Below are positions 62,058 through 64,000 of a DNA stretch of 64,000 nucleotides, in pieces (position 1 is the first letter of the stretch; each line of letters starts with the position of its first letter). The notes below the pieces were generated by a model, which was given only the letters and a program-made list of their open reading frames with translations, had not been told where the DNA came from and did no database searches. Both the position numbers and the translations under genes were made by a program. Origin of the DNA: Nemertoderma westbladi (lineage: Eukaryota > Animalia > Xenacoelomorpha); contig JAUCBJ010008027.1 in assembly GCA_032718475.1 (NCBI GenBank), forward strand, positions 32,010 through 96,009, in the 5' to 3' direction.

Positions 62058-62232
62058 AACGTCACGAAATTAATTTATGGACGTCCCGAAATTAATTTAT
62101 GGACGTCCCGAAATTAACTATATGGACGTCCCGAAATTAACTTATGGACGTCCCGAAAATAATCTATCAACCAATCAGAATCGTAATGAAATAACTAATT
62201 AATGGACGTCCATAAATTAATTTCGGGATGTT
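62058..62232. repeat. 22-bp tandem repeats followed by an inverted copy
   Basis: GGACGTCCCGAAATTAATTTAT x~4.5, then CCAATCAG, then reversed GGACGTCCATAAATTAATTTCGGG. Confidence 0.8.
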
Positions 62233-62321
62233 AATTTCGGAAATTAATTTCAATAATATTTTTTTTATAATAAAATTTTTTTTTAATATTTTTTTACAAT
62301 GCAAAATTCGCGGACACTGCG

Positions 62322-62725
62322 GGGTGACTACAAAACAAAGACCCAATTATAAAGACCTGCATAATCTTGTTACATGTGTTAATTTTCGTTAATTGTTTTC
62401 AATCCCCCCGTCACGCCTCTGTAACTTGCTCCTTTACTAACCTGCTCCTTTAAATAGCAATGGTACATAACGCTCATTGTGACCTGTACAAAACAAAGAG
62501 GTAAAGTCGCGTTACGTCCCAAAGAGCGTTAGGTTCCAAAGAGCTTTAGGTCCCATTGCCAGAGAGCGTGAGGTCACATTGCCATTTAAAGGAGCAGGTT
62601 AGTAAAGAAGCAGGTTACAGAGACGTGTTGGGGAACTAAAACAATAAACGAAAGTTAACACATGTGTTTTGTATTTGTACAGGTCTTTATTATTTGGGTC
62701 GTTGGTCTTTCTTTTGTAGTCACCC
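62322..62725. mobile_element. Mutator-like (MULE) MITE
   Basis: ~140-bp TIRs starting GGGTGACTACAAAA; 9-bp TSD GACACTGCG (62313-62321, 62726-62734). Confidence 0.88.
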
Positions 62726-64000
62726 GACACTGCGGTGTTGCGTGGGGGCCACCAATCCACCCACCCACACTCAACTCCCAACTTCCTGGACATTAGGATA
62801 CTGAGTGAAAGCGTTTGAAACTACTACAGGAACTCCATGGCAGACTATGGGCTAGCGACTAGGGACTGGCGCCCTTGAACATGTAAACTGTAGGGGCCTA
62901 GTACCTACTTTACCACCTACCTTAAAGTGACCTGTGGGACCAGCCCATTATTAGTGAGGTCGGCATTTCTCTTTATCCTGCCGCTCTCTATGTATTACAA
63001 TAGCATACAGCTAACCAATGGCAATGGTCTCCCCCAGTGCGGGAAAGACAAGCAGGCTACCATTGAAATGAATAGGGGAAGGATAATATGGTGTGTTCCT
63101 GTTCCCATCCTAATGTCTGTCGTCTTGGCTCAGCTAAGCTTAAACAGAGCCACAGCCTTACAATAGAGCTTTACCTAAATACACTTCCAGTGAGCCAAGC
63201 AGTAGTAGTGGCGGGTTAGCTCCAAAATGCCCATGTAGGATTTCTTCGAAAAAGGACCATCAATAATAGTCAACCCCATCTACTTATAGTACTCATAATT
63301 AGATATTAATATTAGTTAATAATTTATTATTAATTAGTTAATTATTAATAATTAGTTAATTATTAATAATTAGTTAATATTAATATTAGATAATAATACT
63401 CATAATTAAAACTATTACATAATTAGTATCTATGTAATGTATGTATGTATGTATAATTATGTATGTATTATGGATGTATGTATGTATAATTACTCTAGTA
63501 AACAAAACAATATATCATTCGGGGGATGGAATATATAGGTCATCTAATTAATTGTTTAAAGATTAGCAAACAATACAATGTAATTGAATTGATGAAATCC
63601 ATAAATAAAACGTGGATACATAATGTAAAATCGGGATGCAAAATATAAATTTCTGTTCGCGCTTTCAGACCTTTGGCAGTTTAACCCACCAAATCAAGAT
63701 GTCTTCTAGATATTAAATCTGCTTTTAGTCTATGACAAGTATTTGATTCACTACACTAGTCGAAACCAATCCGTGCGCGACCATTCACCCGCTGGATATT
63801 CCCGGGAGATTGGGTTCGACGGTTTAATTTTTATTGCTATGTAAGCCTAATGTATTATTCGACTGACAGTATTATATAATTTCTGACAATATTATTCACC
63901 TTCGGTAATATTAACAGTTCCTTTAGGACGTGGCGCTTTATCTATATAAACAGAGTTATGACTTAAACTACTCACAACGATATGGCTTAATTATAATTCA

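Noticed and set aside
63290-63495. AT-rich palindromic and (TATG)n tract
   Set aside because: Ordinary low-complexity sequence.
63669-63840. Final GRL exon (AG...GT bounded segment)
   Set aside because: No TYhhhhhQF motif, and stops in all three frames.

Overview
AT-rich eukaryotic (most likely marine invertebrate) DNA dominated by nested transposable elements. It holds five BEL/Pao LTR retrotransposon copies (A: gag 5' part; B: full-length with both LTRs and a 5-bp TSD, inserted into A's leader; C: near-intact gag-pol with a piggyBac-type MITE in its 5' LTR; D: gag+protease only; E: internally deleted, same family as A), a full-length degenerate GalEa-type Ty1/Copia element, RTE and CRE LINE fragments, and several MITEs and minisatellites. 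There are two host-type genes: a spliced gustatory-receptor-like (GRL/7TMIC) gene whose introns are full of TEs (four exons found, last exon not found), and an intronless BC-box/LRR gene. The most unusual signal is in the BEL elements. B carries arrays of sense-strand RNA hairpin modules with covarying stems: kink-turn/UUCG modules in its LTRs and a branched domain between pol and an extra ORF. B and E each carry a non-env third ORF ending in an Arg/Lys-rich tail. This may be an accessory protein/RNA-element system (inference, untested). All calls were made by eye, without database searches or folding software.
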